From a virus (Duplodnaviria > Caudoviricetes), in the IMG/VR virus record IMGVR_UViG_3300009314_000010, positions 1-62,614 of that record: 62,614 nucleotides of DNA. One strand, 5' to 3'. The translations under genes and the position numbers were made by a program. Shown here piece after piece: positions 54,652 through 62,614 of this stretch. Within the stretch, counting starts at the first letter, position 1. Every line of letters starts with the position of its first letter. Below the pieces are notes generated by a model. It was given only the letters and a program-made list of their open reading frames with translations. It was not told the origin of the DNA and made no database searches.

Positions 54652-54935
54652 ACATTCGAATCCTCGCTGTTGGAATTATCGCTTTCAGCCCAATTTATCA
54701 CCCGCGTCATGTTGGCTTCAATTGTGGCCATAGCCTTTTCGGCTTCTACCGGGATCGGGTACACTTTGATGTGCATCTGGGCATATATGATAGAGGCCAG
54801 CATTGCTGCCTCACGCATTTCGGTTGGCGTAAAATCTGTCCGTTCAATGTGGGACACCATCACATCAACCAGGGCGCGAAATTCTGGATCGTTAAAATAT
54901 CGGTAATGCGGTGTTTTTGTGTCTAATAAGTCCAT
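54648..54935 (-). CDS. Hypothetical protein
   Basis: RYFNDPEFRALVD...FTPTEMREAAMLA; GGAGG RBS. Confidence 0.7.
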   Translation of the reverse strand: MDLLDTKTPHYRYFNDPEFRALVDVMVSHIERTDFTPTEMREAAMLASIIYAQMHIKVYPIPVEAEKAMATIEANMTRVINWAESDNSNSEDSNV

Positions 54936-54947
54936 CGTTGCCCCTCC

Positions 54948-55268
54948 TCAATTCTTAAAAATCACGCCGGCCGGATAAACAGCGACATTATCCCGTTTGA
55001 ATTTCCGGAAAGACGTCTGGCCGTTTTTCATCCGGACCTTGACGCCGGCGCCCGTCGTCTTGACGATCACACCGAATCCCCGGCCGCGGCACAGATCGAA
55101 CCTGGCCATGGGTGGAGCGATGCTTTTGATATATTCTTTCCGCTCGGCAAGACTCCTCTCGACGTCTTCAAGGAGTAAATCCTCTACAGCGTTTTTTAAC
55201 ATTCCATCAAAAGCGCCTGGGCCGACGATCGCGTCAACAAATATGGTCAATTTCTCTAAACCGTACAT
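54948..55268 (-). CDS. Hypothetical protein
   Basis: Start at MYGLEKL behind AAAGGA. Confidence 0.6.
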   Translation of the reverse strand: MYGLEKLTIFVDAIVGPGAFDGMLKNAVEDLLLEDVERSLAERKEYIKSIAPPMARFDLCRGRGFGVIVKTTGAGVKVRMKNGQTSFRKFKRDNVAVYPAGVIFKN

Positions 55269-55414
55269 GACGTTCCTTTCTGGCGGACCGCACCACCGGT
55301 CACGGCGATGATGGCCACCGCCGCCGTTTTTGGCGATGCGGTCTCGAGCTTTTGGCAAGCAGAGCCCCCTGCCGGCGCTGAAGGTCTTTTATTTAACGCC
55401 GCTTGCCAAATCGT

Positions 55415-55762
55415 TTAAAACAGTTTCCGCTCGGCCTCAGTAACTTTCCGGTAAGCGTTCTCAAAAACAGCCTTTGGGCTCCACGAGACATAAACGGGAT
55501 CGCTCGGCTGCTCGCCGGCGTATGTGACCTCGTACCCGGGCTGGTTTTCGAAATCGGCCAGACCGCGATCGCCGTGCTGGATCTGAAATTCCATTGCGTC
55601 CATAGGTTGCGCCCGGATCAACTTGGTACCGACGTACAGATCGCCGCTGAAGACCTCGCGCGGTCCTCTTTCCTGCCGATCTTCTACCGTTTGACTGAAG
55701 ACCTCCTCCTCTGGTCCACCTTCTTCCTGCCAACCTTCTGTCCTCGGATCTTTGTCTTCCAT
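55415..55762 (-). CDS. Small protein with YVGTK...SWSPKAVFENAY domain (candidate anti-defence)
   Basis: Motif seen directly; AAAGGA RBS; function inferred. Confidence 0.65.
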   Translation of the reverse strand: MEDKDPRTEGWQEEGGPEEEVFSQTVEDRQERGPREVFSGDLYVGTKLIRAQPMDAMEFQIQHGDRGLADFENQPGYEVTYAGEQPSDPVYVSWSPKAVFENAYRKVTEAERKLF

Positions 55763-55786
55763 AACATTTTCCTTTCTGTTGAGGGT

Positions 55787-56083
55787 TTATGGTTTTTTGC
55801 TTGCCTTTAACAATTCTCTTGCGAACTTTAATATGTTTCCCCCTGCGGGTGTTAGAGAGCCATCTCGTTCGATTCGAGACTTCCCATTCCCGATATCGAC
55901 AATCTTCAGCGCCCTTGAATAAACCCAAACGCCGTTCTTTTCGGCAATTGCCAATATTTCGCTATCTGTCAAATCATTCCTCCTTGCGTGTTTTTTCACC
56001 GGATGCGTCCCCCGGTCATAACCCTGTAATTGAACATCGACAATTATCAAAAGGTTGTCCACAACCTCCGCAATAGCTAACAT
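55787..56083 (-). CDS. Hypothetical protein
   Basis: LTDSEIL...LKFARELL; start uncertain. Confidence 0.5.
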   Translation of the reverse strand: MLAIAEVVDNLLIIVDVQLQGYDRGTHPVKKHARRNDLTDSEILAIAEKNGVWVYSRALKIVDIGNGKSRIERDGSLTPAGGNILKFARELLKASKKP

Positions 56084-56107
56084 TCACCACAAGGCATCAC
56101 CTCCCTT

Positions 56108-56359
56108 CTACAAATGCGGTTCCGTGATAATAATATCCTCCTCGACAACCGAAACGTTCACGTGCTGCGTGTTGTCGACTATCGCCACTCGCTCTATCCG
56201 ATAAACAACGCCGGCATGCCGCTTATCCGTCTCCCCAGGGCGATATAAACGATATTCCTGGTCCAGGGGCTCAATCCAAAGCAGCCGGCCGGCCATGTCG
56301 CGGAAATGGGTGTAGGTTATGTCGTATTCAGGCATTTCAGCATGATCCTTTTGGAACAT
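56108..56359 (-). CDS. Hypothetical protein
   Basis: Co-oriented and overlapping the upstream ORF; start uncertain. Confidence 0.55.
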   Translation of the reverse strand: MFQKDHAEMPEYDITYTHFRDMAGRLLWIEPLDQEYRLYRPGETDKRHAGVVYRIERVAIVDNTQHVNVSVVEEDIIITEPHL

Positions 56360-56648
56360 CTTTTTCTCTTTCGGTCCGCATCCATTCCAGCGGGTCAAAC
56401 ATTGATTCTAATACCTTCTCTGCATCTGCCTTAATCTTGATCTCCACATCTTCGCCGACCAGCTCGATATCATCTCGCGTCCCGATTTTAGTTTGAAACC
56501 GCATTATGTCTCCATTGGACTTAAGGTGGGCAAAACTGCATTCGAAATTTTCAAGCTGTTCTACCGTTGAAATAGCCCCACCGGTTTCAAGATCGCCAAC
56601 CAGGACGTAATCATTACCAAATAAACGAATTCGCGTTTCTAAAGACAT
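56337..56648 (-). CDS. Hypothetical protein
   Basis: AAGGAG RBS, 103 aa. Confidence 0.65.
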   Translation of the reverse strand: MSLETRIRLFGNDYVLVGDLETGGAISTVEQLENFECSFAHLKSNGDIMRFQTKIGTRDDIELVGEDVEIKIKADAEKVLESMFDPLEWMRTEREKDVPKGSC

Positions 56649-56698
56649 TCCAATCTCCTTTTTGCCTACTACGTTGATATTATTTCCAATACTTCCAG

Positions 56699-57127
56699 CT
56701 AAACAACCTCCTCGATATCAATCTCCGTCCGCGGATCCTCGATTAATGGACAGATATAATATTTTGTCGTATGTGAATCGACCACCTGGCAATCATCGAT
56801 CCACGCGATCCCTTTAAGGCAATCGGCTGCGAATTTATCTAAATTATCCCAATCCGGTTTGATGATATGATGTTTAGGGGCTGAGGGCTTCAACATACCG
56901 GCATTCCGCCCGGTTCCGAAGTGTGACTTCGGCCTGGGGAAAAAGAATTTAAATCTGGCGCGAATAGGCCCGCTTAACGGCCTGTTTCCATCAACTTGTC
57001 TGTAAACCTCGAAGAGAAAGCGGCCCTCTTCCGTCTCCTGGTCGTTGTAAGTTCCCACACCTTTCCCCCGCCGATAGAACCGCGGCCGTGCTTTTGCGAT
57101 CGGTTTACCTGGAATGATCAGCTTCAT
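56699..57127 (-). CDS. rusA: RusA-family Holliday junction resolvase
   Basis: PIAKARPR, KPDWDNLDK...DCL.G..WIDDCQVV. Confidence 0.92.
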   Translation of the reverse strand: MKLIIPGKPIAKARPRFYRRGKGVGTYNDQETEEGRFLFEVYRQVDGNRPLSGPIRARFKFFFPRPKSHFGTGRNAGMLKPSAPKHHIIKPDWDNLDKFAADCLKGIAWIDDCQVVDSHTTKYYICPLIEDPRTEIDIEEVV

Positions 57128-57154
57128 ATCCTCGCTCCCTTTTTGTGTTGCTTT

Positions 57155-57212
57155 TGGAAACCTATTGGAAACCTAATTGGAAACCTCAAGTGGAAACCTT
57201 TTCTGGAAACCT
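57155..57212. repeat. Five direct repeats of TGGAAACCT
   Basis: Exact copies start at 57155, 57166, 57178, 57191 and 57204; intergenic. Confidence 0.92.
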
Positions 57213-57219
57213 CTCAAGG

Positions 57220-57450
57220 TTACAAACTCAATTCCTTCATATCGACCTTAATAATGATCCGATCTCTCGCCATCTCAACCTCTGCAAATTTAGCGACGCG
57301 AATAGCAATGGCCGCCACCTTCTCTTTGATTTCCGCTTCGATCGTTTTTAATGATTTTTCAATTTCACGCTCAGCAACTTTCTGTATGGAAATATTGAGC
57401 GCCTTGAGCAATTCATCTTTAAAAATCTCATCGGGCATCATAGTCGCCAT
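57220..57450 (-). CDS. Hypothetical helical protein
   Basis: 76 aa; starts 3 nt after the upstream stop. Confidence 0.65.
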   Translation of the reverse strand: MATMMPDEIFKDELLKALNISIQKVAEREIEKSLKTIEAEIKEKVAAIAIRVAKFAEVEMARDRIIIKVDMKELSL

Positions 57451-57453
57451 TTT

Positions 57454-57963
57454 TCAAATCCTTTCAAACATTCCCTCAGTCAGTTTCTTGACCTCCGGCG
57501 ATCCCTCGATCGCCTTGACCGCTTCGACCGAGCTGTACGCGCTGTACGCCTCGGTGAATTCCTTGACCCACCACTTGAGCTCATCTTCCGTCACCTGGGC
57601 CGCCCAGGAATAATATGGCCAGCGTGTCGACATAAGCTCATTCGCTATCGGATTGGCCGTGAGGTTCGGCCGCTCTCTTGAGCCATGCGCCTTTATATGG
57701 GCAACGATCTGGTGCGCTATCTTGAGCCCCTGGCTCTCGATCTGCCCTTGGTTTCCCTTGATAAACTCAATTAATTCAACGGGCTTCGGGAAAAAGCGGC
57801 ACGATACAATCGCCTTTGATATCGCGTCTTGAACCTGAAAGATGTCAAAGCCCTTCAGCGCCGTGAAGTATATTTTGATCAGCGCGGGTGTGATTTCCTC
57901 TTTAAAAACAACGGATAACGTTCCGAGCGCTGCGGCAAATTTCTTTTTATCATTCGGTTTCAT
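57454..57963 (-). CDS. Replication-associated protein (helicase loader/inhibitor-like)
   Basis: Start at MKPNDKKKF; YF..L...V..AI...FFPKPVELI pattern; directly after the initiator. Confidence 0.65.
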   Translation of the reverse strand: MKPNDKKKFAAALGTLSVVFKEEITPALIKIYFTALKGFDIFQVQDAISKAIVSCRFFPKPVELIEFIKGNQGQIESQGLKIAHQIVAHIKAHGSRERPNLTANPIANELMSTRWPYYSWAAQVTEDELKWWVKEFTEAYSAYSSVEAVKAIEGSPEVKKLTEGMFERI

Positions 57964-58723
57964 CTGTCCAGTCCTCCAGCACTTCCCGGTTACGCTCTTC
58001 GAGGCTCTTTTCCTTTGATTGATATTTGTGCATTGTCCCATTTAGAATCTTGGCAAAGTTTGTCGGCTTGACGATCCACATCAGGTCCGCTTTCCAATTC
58101 TTAACCTTTCCCATCATGAAGTCTGATTTTTTGACGTATTTGAAAAAGTTTTTCCAGGCTTCCAGAGATTGTCTTTTTGGATCTTCCTGCCAACGATTTT
58201 TAAGATGTTTTTCAGAGGCAGGATCCCAGACCTGGACCCTGGGGAGCTCGGGTAAGATTTCGTGATAAAGTTCGATGATTTTTTTATGCGGGCATGGGGG
58301 GACCTTGGGGGGTTTATCTTCTTCTTTATCTCCTTCTACTTCTTCTTCTTCGCGAGGCGGGCGGAGTGAATCCGGACCAACTCCGGAGTCACTCCGGAGT
58401 TTCTTTTTTGTCCATTCGTCACACATATCTTTTAATTTAGGACAGTTAAGCGTTACATTCTGTCCGTTAAAATCTGCAAAAACACGCCCCTTTTTTTCAC
58501 AAAAATTTAGGATCTTGACCGTTTTTTGACGAGAAAGTTGAAACTTTTTGGTCAAAAAACGGGTAGAAACCGTGCAAGTTCCGGGCGCTTTTATGTCAAA
58601 TTCGCGTGACATTATCTCTAAAGTTCCAAAAAAAACCATATAACCATCGCCACCAAATCGATCGATCAAATCAAATATAAAAGGATCGTCGAGGCTGTCT
58701 GAAATATGCTTAAACCACTTCAA
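57950..58723 (-). CDS. Replication initiator / replisome organiser
   Basis: TTG start overlapping the HNH stop; KWFKH...D...G.DGY N-terminal domain, linker with iteron-like repeats, C-terminal WKADLMWIVKPTNFAKILNG. Confidence 0.8.
   Translation of the reverse strand: MKWFKHISDSLDDPFIFDLIDRFGGDGYMVFFGTLEIMSREFDIKAPGTCTVSTRFLTKKFQLSRQKTVKILNFCEKKGRVFADFNGQNVTLNCPKLKDMCDEWTKKKLRSDSGVGPDSLRPPREEEEVEGDKEEDKPPKVPPCPHKKIIELYHEILPELPRVQVWDPASEKHLKNRWQEDPKRQSLEAWKNFFKYVKKSDFMMGKVKNWKADLMWIVKPTNFAKILNGTMHKYQSKEKSLEERNREVLEDWTDETE
58358..58401. promoter_or_regulatory. Iteron-like 11-bp-period repeats, candidate origin
   Basis: ACTCCGGAGT at 58380 and 58391; degenerate copies at 58369 and 58358; inside the initiator gene next to an AT-rich tract. 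Confidence 0.6.
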
Positions 58724-59109
58724 TTTGAGTGCTCCCTCCGGTGGCAATCTTCGCAAAGGGTTTCTCCATTATCGATATCCAACGCCTTTAATAAATTTTC
58801 TGAAATTGGCTCTATATGGTGGGCGTGAAGGTCTTCCGTATTCCCGCAGCGTACACACTCATATTCATCCCTTGCCAGCACCGCCGCTCGCCACGCCTTG
58901 TACTCGGTTGTCCTCCTTGGGTTTAAATCTTTTGACAGGTCTTGAATCACCTTGTAGCCAGCGACAAGCATTATGTCCCCCGGCCTTTCCCCTTTAAATA
59001 CAAAAGGTGTATATCGGCCAATTTGGGACAAAACCTGAAGGCCCAACCTCCGATCTCTTTTAAGCGCAGATCTGAATTCCTTGTATGTTATGTCGCCCGA
59101 TCCTGGCAC
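58720..59109 (-). CDS. HNH endonuclease
   Basis: WRAAVLARD..CVRC...HAHHI...NGETLCEDCH..EH. Confidence 0.9.
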   Translation of the reverse strand: MPGSGDITYKEFRSALKRDRRLGLQVLSQIGRYTPFVFKGERPGDIMLVAGYKVIQDLSKDLNPRRTTEYKAWRAAVLARDEYECVRCGNTEDLHAHHIEPISENLLKALDIDNGETLCEDCHRREHSN

Positions 59110-59125
59110 CCGATCACCTTGTTCT

Positions 59126-59341
59126 TCATCCCAGATTGATTGTTTCTCCGCAGAATTCCACTTTGACCGCCGGCGTTTTTACCGGTACCGGATCCGGATG
59201 AAAATTATCCAAAGCGTCCTTTATGCCACCGTCGCCATACCACCATTGGACATAATCCTTTTTGGGCTCGGACAGCGCTTCCCAATATTTGAATAGTAGA
59301 TTGTCGACCTCATCCCTGATCTCTTCCAGCGTCTTTTCCAT
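59126..59341 (-). CDS. Hypothetical protein
   Basis: Start at MEKTLEE behind AGGAGGAG. Confidence 0.65.
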   Translation of the reverse strand: MEKTLEEIRDEVDNLLFKYWEALSEPKKDYVQWWYGDGGIKDALDNFHPDPVPVKTPAVKVEFCGETINLG

Positions 59342-59352
59342 AGTCTCCTCCT

Positions 59353-59520
59353 TTATTTCACCCCAGGGCCCCTCGCCGAAACCGGCGATTCGGCCGGCGC
59401 CCTGGGGATCCGGACCAGCATCGCCTCCCTGTCGCATTTTTTACACAGGTAGATCTTCCGCCTGGGATCATAAACCGTGGCCGGCTTTCCGCAGAACTCG
59501 CATTGATGCGCTATTTCCAT
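59353..59520 (-). CDS. 55-aa Zn-finger peptide (below ORF-track cutoff)
   Basis: MEIAHQCEFCGKPATVYD...YLCKKCD; AAAGGA RBS. Confidence 0.6.
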   Translation of the reverse strand: MEIAHQCEFCGKPATVYDPRRKIYLCKKCDREAMLVRIPRAPAESPVSARGPGVK

Positions 59521-59532
59521 TAATTAGTCCTT

Positions 59533-59775
59533 TCATTCAATCCCATTAGGAAAAAGGTCCTCAAATTCTCCAACAAAAACAACGCACTTCATTGTCGCCA
59601 CGTTCGCGGCCACCTTCGGCTCAATCCCGGTATTAAACTCTATTGCGGAACTTATCAGCAGTAAATCTTTAGGGTCGCAACTGGCCCAACCTTTAAATCC
59701 TTCAGGTCCCGACAACTCTTTAAAGGTGTTTAATAAGCGGGTTGTTTTAAAACCGTGAAACAGCGCGTTTTTCAT
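59533..59775 (-). CDS. Hypothetical protein
   Basis: ATGA-coupled to the upstream ORF. Confidence 0.6.
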   Translation of the reverse strand: MKNALFHGFKTTRLLNTFKELSGPEGFKGWASCDPKDLLLISSAIEFNTGIEPKVAANVATMKCVVFVGEFEDLFPNGIE

Positions 59776-60014
59776 ATCGCCACCAGATTCCCTCGCGGGA
59801 CTATTACCCGAATCGCACGAAGACTCGTAAACGGCGAAAAAGAGGGATTGGTTTTTATATAAAGGCGGACCAATACATTTCGAGGTCCAGGCCCCTTACT
59901 AACGGCAACCACATCCACGTTTTTATTATGGAGTGGCATCTGGTCCTTGGCCGACTTCCGATAATGGACCTTCACGCGCTGGCCGAGTTTCGGTTGCCAG
60001 ATCATGTCAACCAC
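59772..60014 (-). CDS. Hypothetical protein
   Basis: WQPKLGQRV.VHY...GPRNVLV...VPRGNL; overlaps neighbours. Confidence 0.6.
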   Translation of the reverse strand: MVDMIWQPKLGQRVKVHYRKSAKDQMPLHNKNVDVVAVSKGPGPRNVLVRLYIKTNPSFSPFTSLRAIRVIVPRGNLVAI

Positions 60015-60223
60015 TCCACAGCCGCGTCATAGGCCTCTTCGTATCCGTCGCCAACTACGCAATAAAGATCCTGTTGCATGTGACGGGGCAGGGACTTGTA
60101 ACACCGGAAGCAAAACGAATAGCCTGATTTCTTTTTGCGGCCGCAGAAACACTCTTCGCCCCGCAGTTCGGTGAGATACCACTTAGTGTCTTTATTCATC
60201 GTGCTCATCCTCAAATCCCTCAA
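60002..60223 (-). CDS. Small Zn-finger protein
   Basis: CFCG...FCFRCY; start uncertain. Confidence 0.6.
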   Translation of the reverse strand: MRDLRMSTMNKDTKWYLTELRGEECFCGRKKKSGYSFCFRCYKSLPRHMQQDLYCVVGDGYEEAYDAAVEWLT

Positions 60224-60581
60224 TGTGCCTGATAGCGTCTTCAGGAAAAAACCGATGGAGAAAACACAGCCAGTAATCCATCGTAGGCCTCATCCGATCA
60301 TCAATATCAAACCTATCTTTAGCGAGTTCCACCACATCCCTCCACCATGCCGAAAATGTCGGTACTTCATGCAATTCGTGGACATCAAATAGTGCCCTAT
60401 TGAAATCAGCCCCCGAATCATATTTCAGCAACTTCTTGCCCGCCTCGGTGGCAGCATTTACAATAATTCCAAAAACCTCGCCAATACATGCAAGTTTCAC
60501 TTCTTCAACCGTCATAGGTCCATACTGAATGCTGTAGACTGTAGACCCTGGCTGTAATCGTAAAGCTATTGCGTCATTCAT
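60192..60581 (-). CDS. Hypothetical protein
   Basis: ATGA-coupled to the gp37/gp68-like gene. Confidence 0.6.
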   Translation of the reverse strand: MNDAIALRLQPGSTVYSIQYGPMTVEEVKLACIGEVFGIIVNAATEAGKKLLKYDSGADFNRALFDVHELHEVPTFSAWWRDVVELAKDRFDIDDRMRPTMDYWLCFLHRFFPEDAIRHIEGFEDEHDE

Positions 60582-61249
60582 TTTAATATCCTTTTCAGAT
60601 TATCCTTCACCTTGACCTCGGTGAATTCTTTCAGCCTTTCAATCAGCTCGAGAACCTTCTCTTTTGGCGGTTCCGGTAGGTTGTGCCCCTGGCTGTCCGC
60701 TCCGATATTTACCCATTTTGGACGGCATCTCAAAACCAGCTTCGCCAACTCTTCGGTGTCAAAATCCATTATGGGCTCGATTGTAACCATTGCTGTGTGG
60801 GATAGAGAGAGCTTTTCCATGTATTCCGATCGCTCGTTTGGATGCGGAGCCTTTCCCATCTCCGGGTACACGCGATTGGTTTCAATGGTTGTTCCTGTGA
60901 CGCTCACTGCAGGCAAGCATTCCTTCATGTCAACGAGGTGGCCATAGAACCTCTTGGGGTTTTTGGTCTGAAACAAATATTCATTGTCGAATCGATTACA
61001 ATGGTCAATCACCGCCGTTGCCCATTCAGGATTAATTCCATCTGCAAACATATCGCACGACGACCCAACGAATATAAAATTACCCTCGCCCAGGTCCGTT
61101 TTTAATTCATCGGCATCAAACCGGACGGGCTTTTGTTCCCCGAATCGTTTCATGTAACAATAGGTGCATCCGTGGGGGCATTTCCCTTTGACGGTGTTCC
61201 AGGTGTGCGTGACGAACGGATACATATTTCCCTTGCTTTTATTTAGCAT
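60578..61249 (-). CDS. Gp37/Gp68 (DUF5131) radical-SAM-like protein
   Basis: TWN.V.G.CPHGCTYCY (CxxxCxxC), FVGSSCDMF, QTKNP, TIEPI, WVNIGA. Confidence 0.85.
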   Translation of the reverse strand: MLNKSKGNMYPFVTHTWNTVKGKCPHGCTYCYMKRFGEQKPVRFDADELKTDLGEGNFIFVGSSCDMFADGINPEWATAVIDHCNRFDNEYLFQTKNPKRFYGHLVDMKECLPAVSVTGTTIETNRVYPEMGKAPHPNERSEYMEKLSLSHTAMVTIEPIMDFDTEELAKLVLRCRPKWVNIGADSQGHNLPEPPKEKVLELIERLKEFTEVKVKDNLKRILK

Positions 61250-61385
61250 TGTCTCCCCCTTTAAATTTCGGACACGATTTACACCAGGGCCGGAAGCCTA
61301 AACTTCCATCCCGGAAGGATTCACATGCCCATTTAAAGTATTTAGACTTCGGATCCCTGGGGCATTCGATTAGTTTTTCAGGCAT
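61239..61385 (-). CDS. 48-aa Cys-containing peptide
   Basis: MPEKLIECP...WAC...WCKSCPKF; GAGG RBS. Confidence 0.5.
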   Translation of the reverse strand: MPEKLIECPRDPKSKYFKWACESFRDGSLGFRPWCKSCPKFKGGDNAK

Positions 61386-61452
61386 TTTATTTCCTCCTTA
61401 TTTTAAGATTCCGGCCTTGCCCCGCTTTCCGAACATGAAACGCCATGTTTAC

Positions 61453-62349
61453 CTATGATTTGGGGAGCCCTGGATCATCCCCGGGCCTGCAACTTTCCGA
61501 GCGGGACTTGGTAGACCGCGACGGGCCGGATTCGCCGCTGAAAGGAGGCTGCAGGCACACCTTTTTTTCGATTATTTCAGAAGCCCTGAACAGTTGCCGG
61601 GCACTCGTCTTGATCAAATTCAAGAAGTTTTCCGATATCCCTGTGTTAATTTCGTCCAATGTTTCTTTGATTTGCCGTTCTGCGCTGTACGCGGGTATTG
61701 GCCGGTCTATCCCAAGCGAAGAGAGGATTCTTTGAATGTGTTGGAGCCTTTCATTTTCAGATATAAGCCTTTTGTTTTCAGCTTCTACCGAGAGGATCCT
61801 GTCTGATATAAGGTCACGGATTCTGCGTGAAACATTATACCCGAGCTCTTTTTTTTCATCTTTCGTTGCCAGCCAATTTTTCCAGTACTGCGTCTTGTCA
61901 GGTTCATATCGGTTTTCTATCAGAATCCGAGCTCGCCACATTAGAATGTATCTGTAAATCGAGTCGGGAATATCAACGTCCCGCACAGGGGCCTTCTTCT
62001 TGGTATAAAGCATCTTGGCGTTCTTAGAGCTGATCAACAGGCCGGCTTGTTCGGGTACCTCTGAAGGATCTATGATTCCGGGCGGGGCAACAAAATAAAA
62101 CTCGGTACAATACTTGAGATAGTCAGGCCACTTGTGATCTCTTAAAAAATCATTTCGGCTGATCTTGATTTCAAAGCCGAGCGTCCGGGCGTTTGTCCAA
62201 GATTTTGCCATGCACCATAGGTCTATAACGGGACAAGTGCGCATCATCCACGCGCTGCCAACCTTACATTCCGGTACGCAGACAAATTTTTCAGCGTATT
62301 TGCGGGTTAGAAGGTTCGATATGTCGGTCGCCGTTATCTTCATGGCCAT
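61453..62349 (-). CDS. MmcB-like PD-(D/E)XK endonuclease with coiled-coil tail
   Basis: EC...ID...GFEIKISRNDFLRDHKW..Y..YC..FYFVAP...EVPEQAGL. Confidence 0.8.
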   Translation of the reverse strand: MAMKITATDISNLLTRKYAEKFVCVPECKVGSAWMMRTCPVIDLWCMAKSWTNARTLGFEIKISRNDFLRDHKWPDYLKYCTEFYFVAPPGIIDPSEVPEQAGLLISSKNAKMLYTKKKAPVRDVDIPDSIYRYILMWRARILIENRYEPDKTQYWKNWLATKDEKKELGYNVSRRIRDLISDRILSVEAENKRLISENERLQHIQRILSSLGIDRPIPAYSAERQIKETLDEINTGISENFLNLIKTSARQLFRASEIIEKKVCLQPPFSGESGPSRSTKSRSESCRPGDDPGLPKS

Positions 62350-62614
62350 GGCCTCGCTTTGGTCGGCACCCGCCGCCCCGTTCCGCGGACCTGATCAATT
62401 CGGTAGGTGTCCTTGACGTATTTTAAAACCGCCTGCAGCTCTGGGATCGTCATGTTCCCCCGGGGTTTGCCCCAAAAGTCCATGATCTCGGTGTTGACCT
62501 GGCCGTCATGGTACCGCCCCAGGTGTGAATAGTGGCGGACATGGCGCTCGATCTGTTTGCGGAGCTCTTTTTCAAGGTCGTTCGGGGTTTGTTCTATGGA
62601 TCCCATCGGCGGGG
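62340..62614 (-). CDS. Probable C-terminal part of the helicase that starts at 1346
   Basis: Frame is open to the right edge; LRKQIERHV...VNTEI...ELQAVL resembles the helical tail of this helicase type. Confidence 0.65.
   Translation of the reverse strand, partial: PPMGSIEQTPNDLEKELRKQIERHVRHYSHLGRYHDGQVNTEIMDFWGKPRGNMTIPELQAVLKYVKDTYRIDQVRGTGRRVPTKARPWP

Larger units (their letters stand above)
1..62614. mobile_element. Temperate tailed phage genome (podovirus-type morphogenesis module), excised/attP-containing form, probably circularly permuted
   Basis: Full set of phage modules (terminase, portal, capsid, tail, lysis, integrase, repressor, replication). No host housekeeping genes seen. 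Intact attP flanked by phage genes on both sides. No tape-measure, sheath or baseplate genes recognised. Confidence 0.95.

Noticed and set aside
57155-57212. CRISPR or mini-CRISPR array
   Set aside because: Repeats are 9 bp with 2-4 nt spacers, far too short. The Cas4-like nuclease is in a recombination context with no other cas genes.

Overview
The window is an apparently complete or near-complete ~62.6 kb temperate tailed-phage genome of short-tail (podovirus) architecture, seen in its excised form. An intact attP carrying the 3' half of a tRNA-Pro(CGG) sits next to a tyrosine integrase, and an SF2 helicase gene appears split across the two ends. Almost all genes are on the minus strand. 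The early/middle block holds MmcB-like, gp37/gp68, HNH, replication initiator, RusA, SbcCD, a putative annealing protein, a Cas4-like nuclease and an adenine methylase. The late block holds TerS/TerL, portal, scaffold, an N4-gp56-type capsid, tail tube/adaptor proteins, fibres, ejection proteins, a 4572-aa polyvalent protein and lysis genes. A short plus-strand lysogeny module holds the repressor, membrane peptides and integrase. The most notable observations are: (1) a gene between int and attP that repeats the integrase N-terminal arm-binding domain under clear purifying selection, fused to a restriction-endonuclease-like domain; (2) a Tad1-like anti-defence sponge inside the head operon, followed by a hairpin-plus-terminator leader in front of scaffold/capsid; (3) a giant ejected polyvalent protein with PPase, ddrB-ParB, Cys-rich gp88/radical-SAM-like, JAB and zincin domains; (4) several strongly structured intergenic RNAs, one pseudoknotted; (5) a 5x TGGAAACCT intergenic array; (6) an AT-rich fibre/glycosyltransferase island. 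All family assignments come from motif recognition by eye, not database searches, and the host cannot be determined from this sequence alone.
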